Of a stretch of DNA of 64,000 nt, positions 28,761-37,135 are shown piece after piece; within the stretch, counting starts at the first letter, position 1; the number at the start of each line of letters is the position of its first letter. The notes below the pieces were generated by a model. That model did no database searches. It was not told the DNA's origin and was given only the letters and a program-made list of their open reading frames with translations. The DNA lies in contig OY775910.1 in the NCBI GenBank assembly GCA_963675245.1, positions 1 to 64,000 on the forward strand. The letters are read 5' to 3'. Source of the DNA: Acholeplasmataceae bacterium (GTDB lineage: Bacteria; Bacillota_I; Bacilli_A; Acholeplasmatales; Acholeplasmataceae). The position numbers and the translations under genes were made by a program.

Positions 28761-30528
28761 TAGCAAGTTCCTCCTTTGATAATTGTGCAAATGCAATTTC
28801 TCGATATGTTTCACAATTCTTCATCAACTCGTGATGTGTACCAATACCAACAGTTTGACCATTATCTAGTACTACGATTTGTTCTGCATCTAAAATCGTC
28901 CCAATACGTTGACCAACGATAATCTTAAGTGCGTTAGCAGTCTTCGTTTTTAAAGCTTCTCTGAGCGTTTTATCGGTACGATAATCAAGTGCGCTAAACG
29001 AATCATCAAACACGAATATCTTTGGTTTTTTGATGAGTGCTCGTGCGATTGAAAGTCTTTGCTTTTGACCACCTGAGACATTTGCTCCACCTTGATCTAT
29101 ACGATGTTTTAAACCATCCTCTGAAGATTCAATGAATGATTTAATTTGCGCAATATCAAGTGCTTCTTCCATATCTTCAGGTGTTGCCGATTGATTACCA
29201 ATTTTCATATTTGATGCCACGTCACCTGCGAATAATAATCCTTGTTGTGGTACATATCCTAATAATTTGTTTAATTCCTTTAAAGGATATTCTTTAATGT
29301 TACGATCATTAATCAAGATTTCTCCTTCAGTCACATCATAGAATCGTAATAATAATTGAATAATGGTTGACTTTCCAGAACCAGTTGATCCGATGAAAGC
29401 AAGCGTTTCTCCTGAATTCGCTTTAAATGAAATATGATTTAAAACACATTCTTCAGCTTCAGGATATTTAAAGGATACATCTCTAAATTCTATTGTTAAA
29501 TTTTCATCTGGTACGATTAACGTTGAATCAGCATAACGATCATCAATGGATGATTTTGTTTTAATGACTTCATTAATACGACGTGCAGATACCCAAGCTC
29601 TAGGTAAAAAGATGAAGAGCATGATCAGCATCATAAATGAGAATAGGATTCTCATACCATATTGTGTAAATTGGGCAAGAATGCCTAAACCATCAATTGG
29701 TGATGTGCCAAGTGCAGCATCGTTGATTAAAAATGCTGCAACGACGACTACTGCTAAGTTTAAACCATTCATCGCAAGCATCATACCAGGATTCATAAAG
29801 CTTAAAACAGAATTAACAAATGTTTGTGTTTTTGTTAAGTCTGAATTTACTTTTTCAAATTTGTTTTTTTGAATATGTTCAGCATTATGAGCTCTAACGA
29901 CACGTAGACCTGTTAATGATTCACGCGTGACTTGATTCACATCATCAATTTGACGTTGAACTAAACCAAATTTCTTACCTACTAATAAAATGATGACTAC
30001 AACCATCACCACAACAGCCGATACAACATAAACAACAATCATCGTTAATGAAATATCGATAGAGACAACTTTTACAATGGCACTCACAGCTGTAATTGGT
30101 GCTGACACCATCATGCGTAACATTAAAATCATCGCCATTTGAACTTGCAATACATCATTTGTAGTTCTCGTAATCAATGATGGTGTAGAAAATGTATTAA
30201 TTTCAGCACTAGAAAACGATTGCACTTGATGATACAAATCATGTCTAATATTGGCAGCTACTTTTGTTGCAACTCTTGTTGCCAAATAGCTAGCAATAAC
30301 GGTTGCTACTACTGAAGCTAATACAACCAGTAGCATCATGCCACCGATGCCAAGTAAATCAGTTGTAATCGATTGACCAGTGATGATACCTTCGCCAATC
30401 TTATCAATGATATCTTTTAAGTAATCTGGCAACATTAGATCTAATTGCACTTGCAAATAAATGAAGCCAATAATGAATATAACTAATACCCACTGATACC
30501 ATTTAAGATATCTAAACATTTTTATCAT
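28753..30528 (-). CDS. Heterodimeric multidrug ABC exporter, degenerate-site subunit
   Basis: SLITRTTND, GSTGSGKST, SGGQKQRL, FDDSFSALD and GQR (Gln in place of the switch His). Confidence 0.93.
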   Translation of the reverse strand: MIKMFRYLKWYQWVLVIFIIGFIYLQVQLDLMLPDYLKDIIDKIGEGIITGQSITTDLLGIGGMMLLVVLASVVATVIASYLATRVATKVAANIRHDLYHQVQSFSSAEINTFSTPSLITRTTNDVLQVQMAMILMLRMMVSAPITAVSAIVKVVSIDISLTMIVVYVVSAVVVMVVVIILLVGKKFGLVQRQIDDVNQVTRESLTGLRVVRAHNAEHIQKNKFEKVNSDLTKTQTFVNSVLSFMNPGMMLAMNGLNLAVVVVAAFLINDAALGTSPIDGLGILAQFTQYGMRILFSFMMLIMLFIFLPRAWVSARRINEVIKTKSSIDDRYADSTLIVPDENLTIEFRDVSFKYPEAEECVLNHISFKANSGETLAFIGSTGSGKSTIIQLLLRFYDVTEGEILINDRNIKEYPLKELNKLLGYVPQQGLLFAGDVASNMKIGNQSATPEDMEEALDIAQIKSFIESSEDGLKHRIDQGGANVSGGQKQRLSIARALIKKPKIFVFDDSFSALDYRTDKTLREALKTKTANALKIIVGQRIGTILDAEQIVVLDNGQTVGIGTHHELMKNCETYREIAFAQLSKEELANV

Positions 30529-30574
30529 AAATATACCCCTTGTTTTCTTTATACTCTTTCAATTATCCACTTTT

Positions 30575-30601
30575 TTGTTGTTTTGTCAACAATTTTGTTG
30601 A
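30575..30601 (-). promoter_or_regulatory. Probable MarR operator overlapping the -35 box of the ABC-ABC-marR operon
   Basis: Overlapping inverted repeats TTGTTG-N6-CAACAA and TCAACAA-TT-TTGTTGA around a minus-strand TTGACA (30584-30589). Confidence 0.55.
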
Positions 30602-30602
30602 T

Positions 30603-30639
30603 AAAAAAAAGATAACATTTATGAAAGTGTTATCTTTTT
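30603..30639 (-). terminator. Intrinsic terminator after the nitroreductase gene
   Basis: AAAAAGATAACA...TGTTATCTTTTT. Confidence 0.7.
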
Positions 30640-30663
30640 AAAATAGTTGCATATTATGTGATT

Positions 30664-31203
30664 TTATTTGTAAAATTCGGCTAATTCTCTTGAAGGTGTA
30701 CGCGGTTTAGACTTTCCCTTCATATCCGCATAACCAACCATAATCAATCCTGCAACAAGCTCTTTTTCTTGGACACCTAAAACTTCTTTAAACCGGTCTG
30801 TTTTGATAAATAACGGTGTCTTCCAATGTGTTGATAAACCCACTTCTTCAGCCAATAACATGAAGTTTTGAACAACAGATGAATTTGCTTGAATGTCTTC
30901 AAATTCAATATCAAAATCAAGATTTGTTGGCATAATAAAAGCAATAATTAAAGGTGCTTTATATATTTTAGAAAATGCAACTTCAACTTTTTCCTTATCT
31001 TCACCTTTCAGCATATTCAAATAAGTTTCTCTTAATTTTTCCTTACCTTCATCAATCAAAATAAAGCGCCAAGGTTGTCTCATTTTGTGATTTGGTGCGT
31101 AAACAGCTGTATCCAGCAAATCCAATACTAAATCCCTATCTACCGATTGGTCATTATACGTCTTTTGACTTACCCGGTTTTTAATTATAGTTTCAAGATT
31201 CAT
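30664..31203 (-). CDS. Nitroreductase family protein
   Basis: IKNRVSQK, APNHKMRQPWRF and QNFMLLA..GLSTHW motifs. Confidence 0.9.
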   Translation of the reverse strand: MNLETIIKNRVSQKTYNDQSVDRDLVLDLLDTAVYAPNHKMRQPWRFILIDEGKEKLRETYLNMLKGEDKEKVEVAFSKIYKAPLIIAFIMPTNLDFDIEFEDIQANSSVVQNFMLLAEEVGLSTHWKTPLFIKTDRFKEVLGVQEKELVAGLIMVGYADMKGKSKPRTPSRELAEFYK

Positions 31204-31260
31204 AATGATATCATCTCCTTGATTATAGTTTACGCTGTTTCCTAAATTCTTTCAAATAAT

Positions 31261-31292
31261 AAGAAAAAGATGATCACGTAGATCATCTCTTT
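31261..31292 (-). terminator. Intrinsic terminator
   Basis: AGATGATC-ACGTA-GATCATCT with an A-tract on the plus strand. Confidence 0.7.
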
Positions 31293-31710
31293 AAATAATC
31301 GTTTTTGGATGGGAGCGACTCATATCTCTCGTTAGCATAATACGTTCTCTCAAGTAATCAAATGCAATTGTTAGTGTAAGATAGATAATCGCAATTAATA
31401 TCGCTCTTCTAAAATCAAATGAAACAAACGTCATGATGAGTGCACTAACTGAAACGATCAAATAACTCACGTTAATCCATTTGGATAATAATTTATGATA
31501 ATAGATCAGATGTCTGAGTTCAGCATACTCAACAAAATAGGTGAATATAATAAACATAAAGAATCCAACAATACTCGCAACAGCTATCAAACTTGATGTT
31601 GATTCTGCAAAGGCATTGTTTGTATAAATCATGTCAGAAAGTCTATCCGTCGATGAAAAGAGCAGAAATACTAATCCACTTAAAATAGTAAGTCTTATAA
31701 ATAGTTTCAT
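31291..31710 (-). CDS. Hypothetical 4-TM membrane protein
   Basis: GAGGAG RBS before MKLFIRL; four hydrophobic segments. Confidence 0.7.
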   Translation of the reverse strand: MKLFIRLTILSGLVFLLFSSTDRLSDMIYTNNAFAESTSSLIAVASIVGFFMFIIFTYFVEYAELRHLIYYHKLLSKWINVSYLIVSVSALIMTFVSFDFRRAILIAIIYLTLTIAFDYLRERIMLTRDMSRSHPKTII

Positions 31711-31743
31711 ATGTTTCACTCCTCTCACTTCATTATGGATTGA

Positions 31744-32184
31744 TTAAAACATTAGCATCATCTGTATACTGTAATTAATAATGGAAGCATAAATCAAAGC
31801 AGTTAATATATTTAATGTCCATTCAACGGCTGTACATGATCTAATGTAGTGCGTTTCGTTGTTATTGCTTAAACGATGTTTCGCATAACATATTAAATAC
31901 GAAAATAAAGGTGTTAATAAACAAATCATGACTATTGTAACAAATAAATTCATAGATCTCGCCGTATAATGAATGCTAAACATATTAACAATCAAATAGA
32001 CAACCCACCATAAGAGAATAAGCACTAATAATAACTTAGCATGAGATCTTACTATGAGATTATTATTCAACTGATGCGTCGTATGGTTGTTATTTAGTGA
32101 ATAGTGTTTCACTTGAATAGATTGATAGACCATCCATGTCGTCGATAACAACAAAATTGTCCAAACAGCGATTGCATAAATCAT
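31744..32184 (-). CDS. Hypothetical 4-TM membrane protein
   Basis: GAGGTG RBS; four hydrophobic segments with Asn/His-rich loops. Confidence 0.65.
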   Translation of the reverse strand: MIYAIAVWTILLLSTTWMVYQSIQVKHYSLNNNHTTHQLNNNLIVRSHAKLLLVLILLWWVVYLIVNMFSIHYTARSMNLFVTIVMICLLTPLFSYLICYAKHRLSNNNETHYIRSCTAVEWTLNILTALIYASIINYSIQMMLMF

Positions 32185-32401
32185 TATCAAACACCTCGAT
32201 TATGGAATCAAAAAAGCCTTATTAGGCCGTATAGTGCTTTTTTCGAGATGAACAAAAAAAACCTGGTTCTTCCCTAACAAGCATCTACTTGTACCCCACG
32301 CTACTAGTATATATGACTTTTGTCACGAAAAACACGGCGGATGTGTCATACTTTTTCAAACAATATTAGTATTTTTTTTAACATAATACTAGTTATAAAT
32401 G

Positions 32402-32428
32402 AAAAAGAGTGATTAAATAATCACTCTT
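32402..32428 (-). terminator. Intrinsic terminator after tetR-GNAT
   Basis: AAGAGTGATT-AAAT-AATCACTCTT. Confidence 0.75.
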
Positions 32429-32454
32429 GATTAAAATTGCAACTATGTCACATT

Positions 32455-33003
32455 TTAAGTTGAAAAATTGACATTAGGTTGTAATCTTTTACCATACTCT
32501 AATCGCACTTCTTTTTGTTTTAAATCCTCATTTGAATACGCTAATAAATCTAATCCAACAAAATGAAGACCCATTTTTTCGTAAAACTTAATGGCAGGAT
32601 CATTGCATGATTGAACTTCTAATATCAATGCTCTCGCACCTAAGCTTTTCGCTTCATTCTCTATGTAATTCATTAACGTTCTTCCATTACCTTCTTTACG
32701 ATATCTGGGGTCTACCCATAAATTCCATATCCGATAAACGTTATGCCATGTTTCTAAAGATCCCTCAATCACACCAACCAATTTTTTTCGATCAAAAACG
32801 CCATATGCCATACCATTTCTAATATGGCTTTCATAAAGAACTGATGTAAAACCTCTCGTCTCTTTCTTCATGCGTTTTCTTTTAATGACCATTTTAACTG
32901 CTTTATCTTCTTTAATTTGTATATGACGATATGCTTTTGTCACATAATGACAATCCAACTCAAATCCCTTATATTCGCCAAAATCTAACGCTTTAATATC
33001 CAT
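32455..33003 (-). CDS. GNAT family N-acetyltransferase (streptothricin acetyltransferase-like)
   Basis: LWVDPRYRKEGNGRTLM and LEVQSCNDPAIKFYEKMG..F.GLD motifs. Confidence 0.88.
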   Translation of the reverse strand: MDIKALDFGEYKGFELDCHYVTKAYRHIQIKEDKAVKMVIKRKRMKKETRGFTSVLYESHIRNGMAYGVFDRKKLVGVIEGSLETWHNVYRIWNLWVDPRYRKEGNGRTLMNYIENEAKSLGARALILEVQSCNDPAIKFYEKMGLHFVGLDLLAYSNEDLKQKEVRLEYGKRLQPNVNFST

Positions 33004-33004
33004 A

Positions 33005-33601
33005 TTATTCCACAAGCATAAGCAGTTGTTTTAAATAGAACTGCTTAAATTCAGGATCTCTAAAAGTGTCTATACGGCTCACTTCATTATCCCCTTGAAC
33101 GAGTTGGATAAAAAGGGGTATGGCTAGTGATGAGAATATCATGGTATATTTGGCCATTACTTCTTTAGGATTGTCAGTTAATGTTTTCTCTTGAAGATTT
33201 TTATAGACAAGTCTTGTAAATTCGCTATCAGCAAAAAATGTATCAATTAATTGATTCGTCGAATTCATTTGTTGTTCTCTTGTTAAAAATAAGTAAGATA
33301 AAATACCCACATTATCTAAAACAAAATTATAGACATAGGAAACGACTTGTTCTAAAAAAACTTCTGTACTGACCGTATTTAAAACCTGGTTCATCTCCAT
33401 CGTGATATGTGTCTTTACTTCATCTAATATTTCGTCAATAACAATCTCAATTAAATGCTCTTTACTCCCAAAATGATAGTTAACTGCAGCAATGTTAATG
33501 AAACATTGATCAGCAATATCTTTAATCGTCACATAACCTTTTTCTCTAAGCAAAATTTTTGTCGACTCTATAATTTTTCTTTTTATATCATTGTTTTTCA
33601 T
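33005..33601 (-). CDS. TetR/AcrR family regulator
   Basis: HTH TIKDIADQCFINIAAVNYHFGSKE. Confidence 0.93.
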   Translation of the reverse strand: MKNNDIKRKIIESTKILLREKGYVTIKDIADQCFINIAAVNYHFGSKEHLIEIVIDEILDEVKTHITMEMNQVLNTVSTEVFLEQVVSYVYNFVLDNVGILSYLFLTREQQMNSTNQLIDTFFADSEFTRLVYKNLQEKTLTDNPKEVMAKYTMIFSSLAIPLFIQLVQGDNEVSRIDTFRDPEFKQFYLKQLLMLVE

Positions 33602-33739
33602 TCAAACCACCTTATTCAAACGACATTTGAAACTGTAATTAAAATCATGTTTCATACTCTATTTATACCATAAAAGAAGTAAAATTTAAATGAGTATTTT
33701 AAATGTTTATTTTAAATACATATTTTAGAGGTGATTTTT

Positions 33740-35797
33740 ATGAAAAAAAATATTGTAATCATGGTGATAATTTCATTACTTGTCATCGCAAGCGTTGTCT
33801 TAATACCTTTTTCAGTAACGAATTATGATCTAACGACTTATTTACCTAAAGATTCTCAAACACTTAATGGTATTAACACATTGAATGAAGAATTTGGTTC
33901 ACAAACGAGTATTCAAGTTCAAATAAATGATATTGGTGTTTCAGAAACAATTCAAATGAAACAATCATTACTGACCATAAATGGTATATCTCAAGTGGTG
34001 TGGTTAGATGATTATGTCGATTTAACTACCACCCCCATTGATTATGTCCCTATTAATCAGGTTAATCTATTTTATAAAAATAATGATGCGTTACTCACAC
34101 TAATCATCGATTATAACAGCTATGATCTTCAAGTCGATCAAATCATTGATGATGTTAAAGACATCACAGCACAGTATGATATTGCAATGCGTGGTGAAGC
34201 CATCAATAATATTGAAAACAGAACCATCGCAAACAATGAAATTTTCAAGATTATTTTAATTATTGTACCTATTTTGATTATCATCTTATTTCTTGCATCT
34301 TCTTCTTGGTTTGAACCGGTTCTTATCCTATCCACACTTGCCATTGCTGTTCTCATCAATTATGGCACCAATTTTTTCGTTCCTAATGTTTCTTTTATTA
34401 CGAAAACAATGGCGTTGGCATTGCAATTAGCCTTGTCAATCGATTATGCACTCTTTTTAACGCATCGTTATCGTGAAGAAAGAGAACACACATCTGATCC
34501 TAAAATAGCGATAAAACAAGCATTTAAAAAAACATTTCCTGCAATTACAGCATCAGCATTAACAACCGTAGCTGGTTTCTTATCTATCATGTTTATGCGC
34601 TATCGTATCGGTTTAGATATCGGTATGGTTCTATCTAAGGGCATTATATTGTCTTATTTAGCGACTTTAATCGTTTTACCCATCATTTTAGTCTGGTCTG
34701 ATCATCTCATTGAAAAAACAAAACATAAAACATTAATCAAAGCACCTCGATGGTTTATTCCTGTCATGAATAAAATCAAATATCCATTATTAATCATCTT
34801 AGGTGTAGTCATCGTTTTTGGTATAATTTATCAACAAAAAACAGATTACTTGTATGGCAATAATACAACATTTAATGAACAGTCAACCGTTTATCAAGAT
34901 TTGGATTCGATGAATGACCAATTCGGTGTATGGCAACAAATCGTTATTCTAATACCTAAATATCAGGTTGATGACGAACTCATACTCATTCAATCCTTAA
35001 TGACGATTGATCATGTAACTCGTGTGCAATCACTCTACACGACAGTAAATCCATTAACGCCAATCAATCTTATCCCACAAAGTGTGCTCGATCAATTTGT
35101 GAGTGAACATTATGAACGTGTGATAGTCATGGTAGATATTGAAGAGGAAGGTGAGGAACTCTATACTTTAAGTAACGCTTTAGATCAAAAAACGAGTGAT
35201 CTTTTTCAAGACTACCACATTATTGGTACACCAACTGCAACCACTGAGATAAGGGATGTTGTTTCCAGTGATGCTACATTAGTTATTTCATTATCTGTAA
35301 TTGCCATTTTTATCATATTAGCTATCACATTTAAATCTATTTTTATTCCAATTTTATTGGTTGGTATTATAGAAGCAGCGATATGGGTAAATGTTTCAAT
35401 TTTATATTTTACTGATGTTACAACCTTATATATTGGTTATTTGGTTGTGATGTCAATTCAGTTGGGTGCGACCATTGATTATGCAGTATTACTAACGAAT
35501 CGATATCTACAAAACAGAACTGAATATGATCGTAAAGAAGCGTTGCATAGAGCATTTGAGCGAGCATCTGTCACGATTTTCATTTCTGCAATGATATTAT
35601 CCATAGCTGGGTTTATTGAAGGAATATTTTCCAATATAACAGCCATAAAAGATATCGGGTTTTTGCTCGGTAAAGGTGCACTAATTTCTGTTTTCTTTGT
35701 CTATCTTTTCTTACCGCCTGCATTGCTTGTTCTTGATAAAATCATTATCCTCACACAATTTCATAAACGTAAACCTAAACCTAAAAAAGAGCCTTAG
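33740..35797 (+). CDS. MMPL/RND family membrane transporter
   Basis: Duplicated architecture with LQLALSIDYA and IQLGATIDYA motifs and NYDLTTYLP; divergent from tetR. Confidence 0.9.
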   Translation: MKKNIVIMVIISLLVIASVVLIPFSVTNYDLTTYLPKDSQTLNGINTLNEEFGSQTSIQVQINDIGVSETIQMKQSLLTINGISQVVWLDDYVDLTTTPIDYVPINQVNLFYKNNDALLTLIIDYNSYDLQVDQIIDDVKDITAQYDIAMRGEAINNIENRTIANNEIFKIILIIVPILIIILFLASSSWFEPVLILSTLAIAVLINYGTNFFVPNVSFITKTMALALQLALSIDYALFLTHRYREEREHTSDPKIAIKQAFKKTFPAITASALTTVAGFLSIMFMRYRIGLDIGMVLSKGIILSYLATLIVLPIILVWSDHLIEKTKHKTLIKAPRWFIPVMNKIKYPLLIILGVVIVFGIIYQQKTDYLYGNNTTFNEQSTVYQDLDSMNDQFGVWQQIVILIPKYQVDDELILIQSLMTIDHVTRVQSLYTTVNPLTPINLIPQSVLDQFVSEHYERVIVMVDIEEEGEELYTLSNALDQKTSDLFQDYHIIGTPTATTEIRDVVSSDATLVISLSVIAIFIILAITFKSIFIPILLVGIIEAAIWVNVSILYFTDVTTLYIGYLVVMSIQLGATIDYAVLLTNRYLQNRTEYDRKEALHRAFERASVTIFISAMILSIAGFIEGIFSNITAIKDIGFLLGKGALISVFFVYLFLPPALLVLDKIIILTQFHKRKPKPKKEP

Positions 35798-35808
35798 TGG
35801 CTCTTTTT
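35784..35808 (+). terminator. Intrinsic terminator
   Basis: AAAAAGAGCC-TTAGT-GGCTCTTTTT. Confidence 0.75.
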
Positions 35809-35872
35809 GTTGTTTAAAATAATCGTAAAGTGTATTATAATGAAGTAAATGAACGACTGAAGGGATCTATCT

Positions 35873-36646
35873 ATGAAAAAAGAAAATCACATTTTATTAA
35901 TTATCATCATTGCTATTCTTTTGGTTGTAGACTTAATTTTTGCTTTTTATACTAATTTTGAGGGGGCAATGATTGTTGATATCGTTCTGCGTTTCTCATA
36001 TAGTATTGTAATTATTCTTATGATTATGGCGTTACGTCTAGATGTCTTAAAACCAAAAAACTTGCATCTTCTTTGGTTAGCTATCCCTGCACTTTTAGTA
36101 TCAATTAACAATTTTCCAATCATCGCCTTTTTTAATGAAAAAACAACATTAACGGCGTCCGATACAGATGTTTATATGTTTTTGATGCAATCTGTCAGTA
36201 TTGGTTTATTTGAAGAACTTATCTTTAGAGGATTGATGCTAGCGTGGATATTAGATTACTTAAAAGATACAAAGCATGCTGTACTAAAATCCATGTTTAT
36301 CTCATCTGCCTTATTCGGTCTTGTTCATTTACTAAATATATTTGCTGGTGCTTCCTTTGGTCAGACTATATTGCAAATGCTTTATACGACCTTAACCGGT
36401 CTTATGTGGTCTGCTGTATTAGTGCTCACAAAAAACATATGGACAACAGTTGTATTACATATAGTCTATAATATTGCTGGTTTATTTTTCCCGACACTCG
36501 GGCAAGTTATCGGACAGTGGGATATCTGGACAGTTAGTATCACGATTGGATTAAGTATTGTTGTTGCTGCATTCTATTTGTATCACATATTAAAAATCAA
36601 AACATATAACATTTTAGTCATACCTAATCAACCAAATAAAACATGA
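35873..36646 (+). CDS. CPBP (CAAX/Abi) family intramembrane metalloprotease
   Basis: EELIFRG, FGLVH and HIVYN motifs. Confidence 0.92.
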   Translation: MKKENHILLIIIIAILLVVDLIFAFYTNFEGAMIVDIVLRFSYSIVIILMIMALRLDVLKPKNLHLLWLAIPALLVSINNFPIIAFFNEKTTLTASDTDVYMFLMQSVSIGLFEELIFRGLMLAWILDYLKDTKHAVLKSMFISSALFGLVHLLNIFAGASFGQTILQMLYTTLTGLMWSAVLVLTKNIWTTVVLHIVYNIAGLFFPTLGQVIGQWDIWTVSITIGLSIVVAAFYLYHILKIKTYNILVIPNQPNKT

Positions 36647-36665
36647 TTAATTTGAAAGGATAATA

Positions 36666-37070
36666 ATGAATAAAAGAGTTTTTATATTTATGTTGTTCAC
36701 CTATATACTGTTGTTGACAGGTTGTACCTCTATTAATGAATTACCAAAAGATTTACAAATGCCAAAAAATTACCAACCGACTCAAATTCGAGTTTCAGCC
36801 AGTGTTTATGCATCATCTTCGGTATTGATTACAGATCAAAAAGATATTATGACAATTATAGACGAATTTTATCATCTTTCCTTTAAAGTGTATGAAGATG
36901 AACCATCATTAATTGATTTAGCTAGTATTGTTATTGGCGATTATCTTTATTTAGTTGACGATGAAGGTACTGTTTATATGTTAAATGGTACATTAACAAT
37001 TGACAATAGCTGGTATGAATCTAGTACAAAAGTTGATATGACATTATTTACTGATTATCTAACTGCATAA
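36666..37070 (+). CDS. Hypothetical lipoprotein
   Basis: Signal peptide with lipobox LTGC; AAGGA RBS. Confidence 0.75.
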   Translation: MNKRVFIFMLFTYILLLTGCTSINELPKDLQMPKNYQPTQIRVSASVYASSSVLITDQKDIMTIIDEFYHLSFKVYEDEPSLIDLASIVIGDYLYLVDDEGTVYMLNGTLTIDNSWYESSTKVDMTLFTDYLTA

Positions 37071-37087
37071 CAACGATAGATTTAAAG

Positions 37088-37126
37088 AAAAAAAGCGAAC
37101 ATCCTTGAATAGGAAAGTTCGCTTTT
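37088..37126. terminator. Bidirectional terminator
   Basis: AAAAGCGAAC...GTTCGCTTTT between convergent genes. Confidence 0.75.
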
Positions 37127-37135
37127 ATAATGATA

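Noticed and set aside
32200..32350. Assignment of the 32.2-kb leader to c-di-GMP-I, T-box, SAM, ZTP, 6S or SRP RNA
   Set aside because: The diagnostic motifs are missing. Only a superficial GGCCTAA resemblance to c-di-GMP-I exists, so it is kept as an unassigned candidate.
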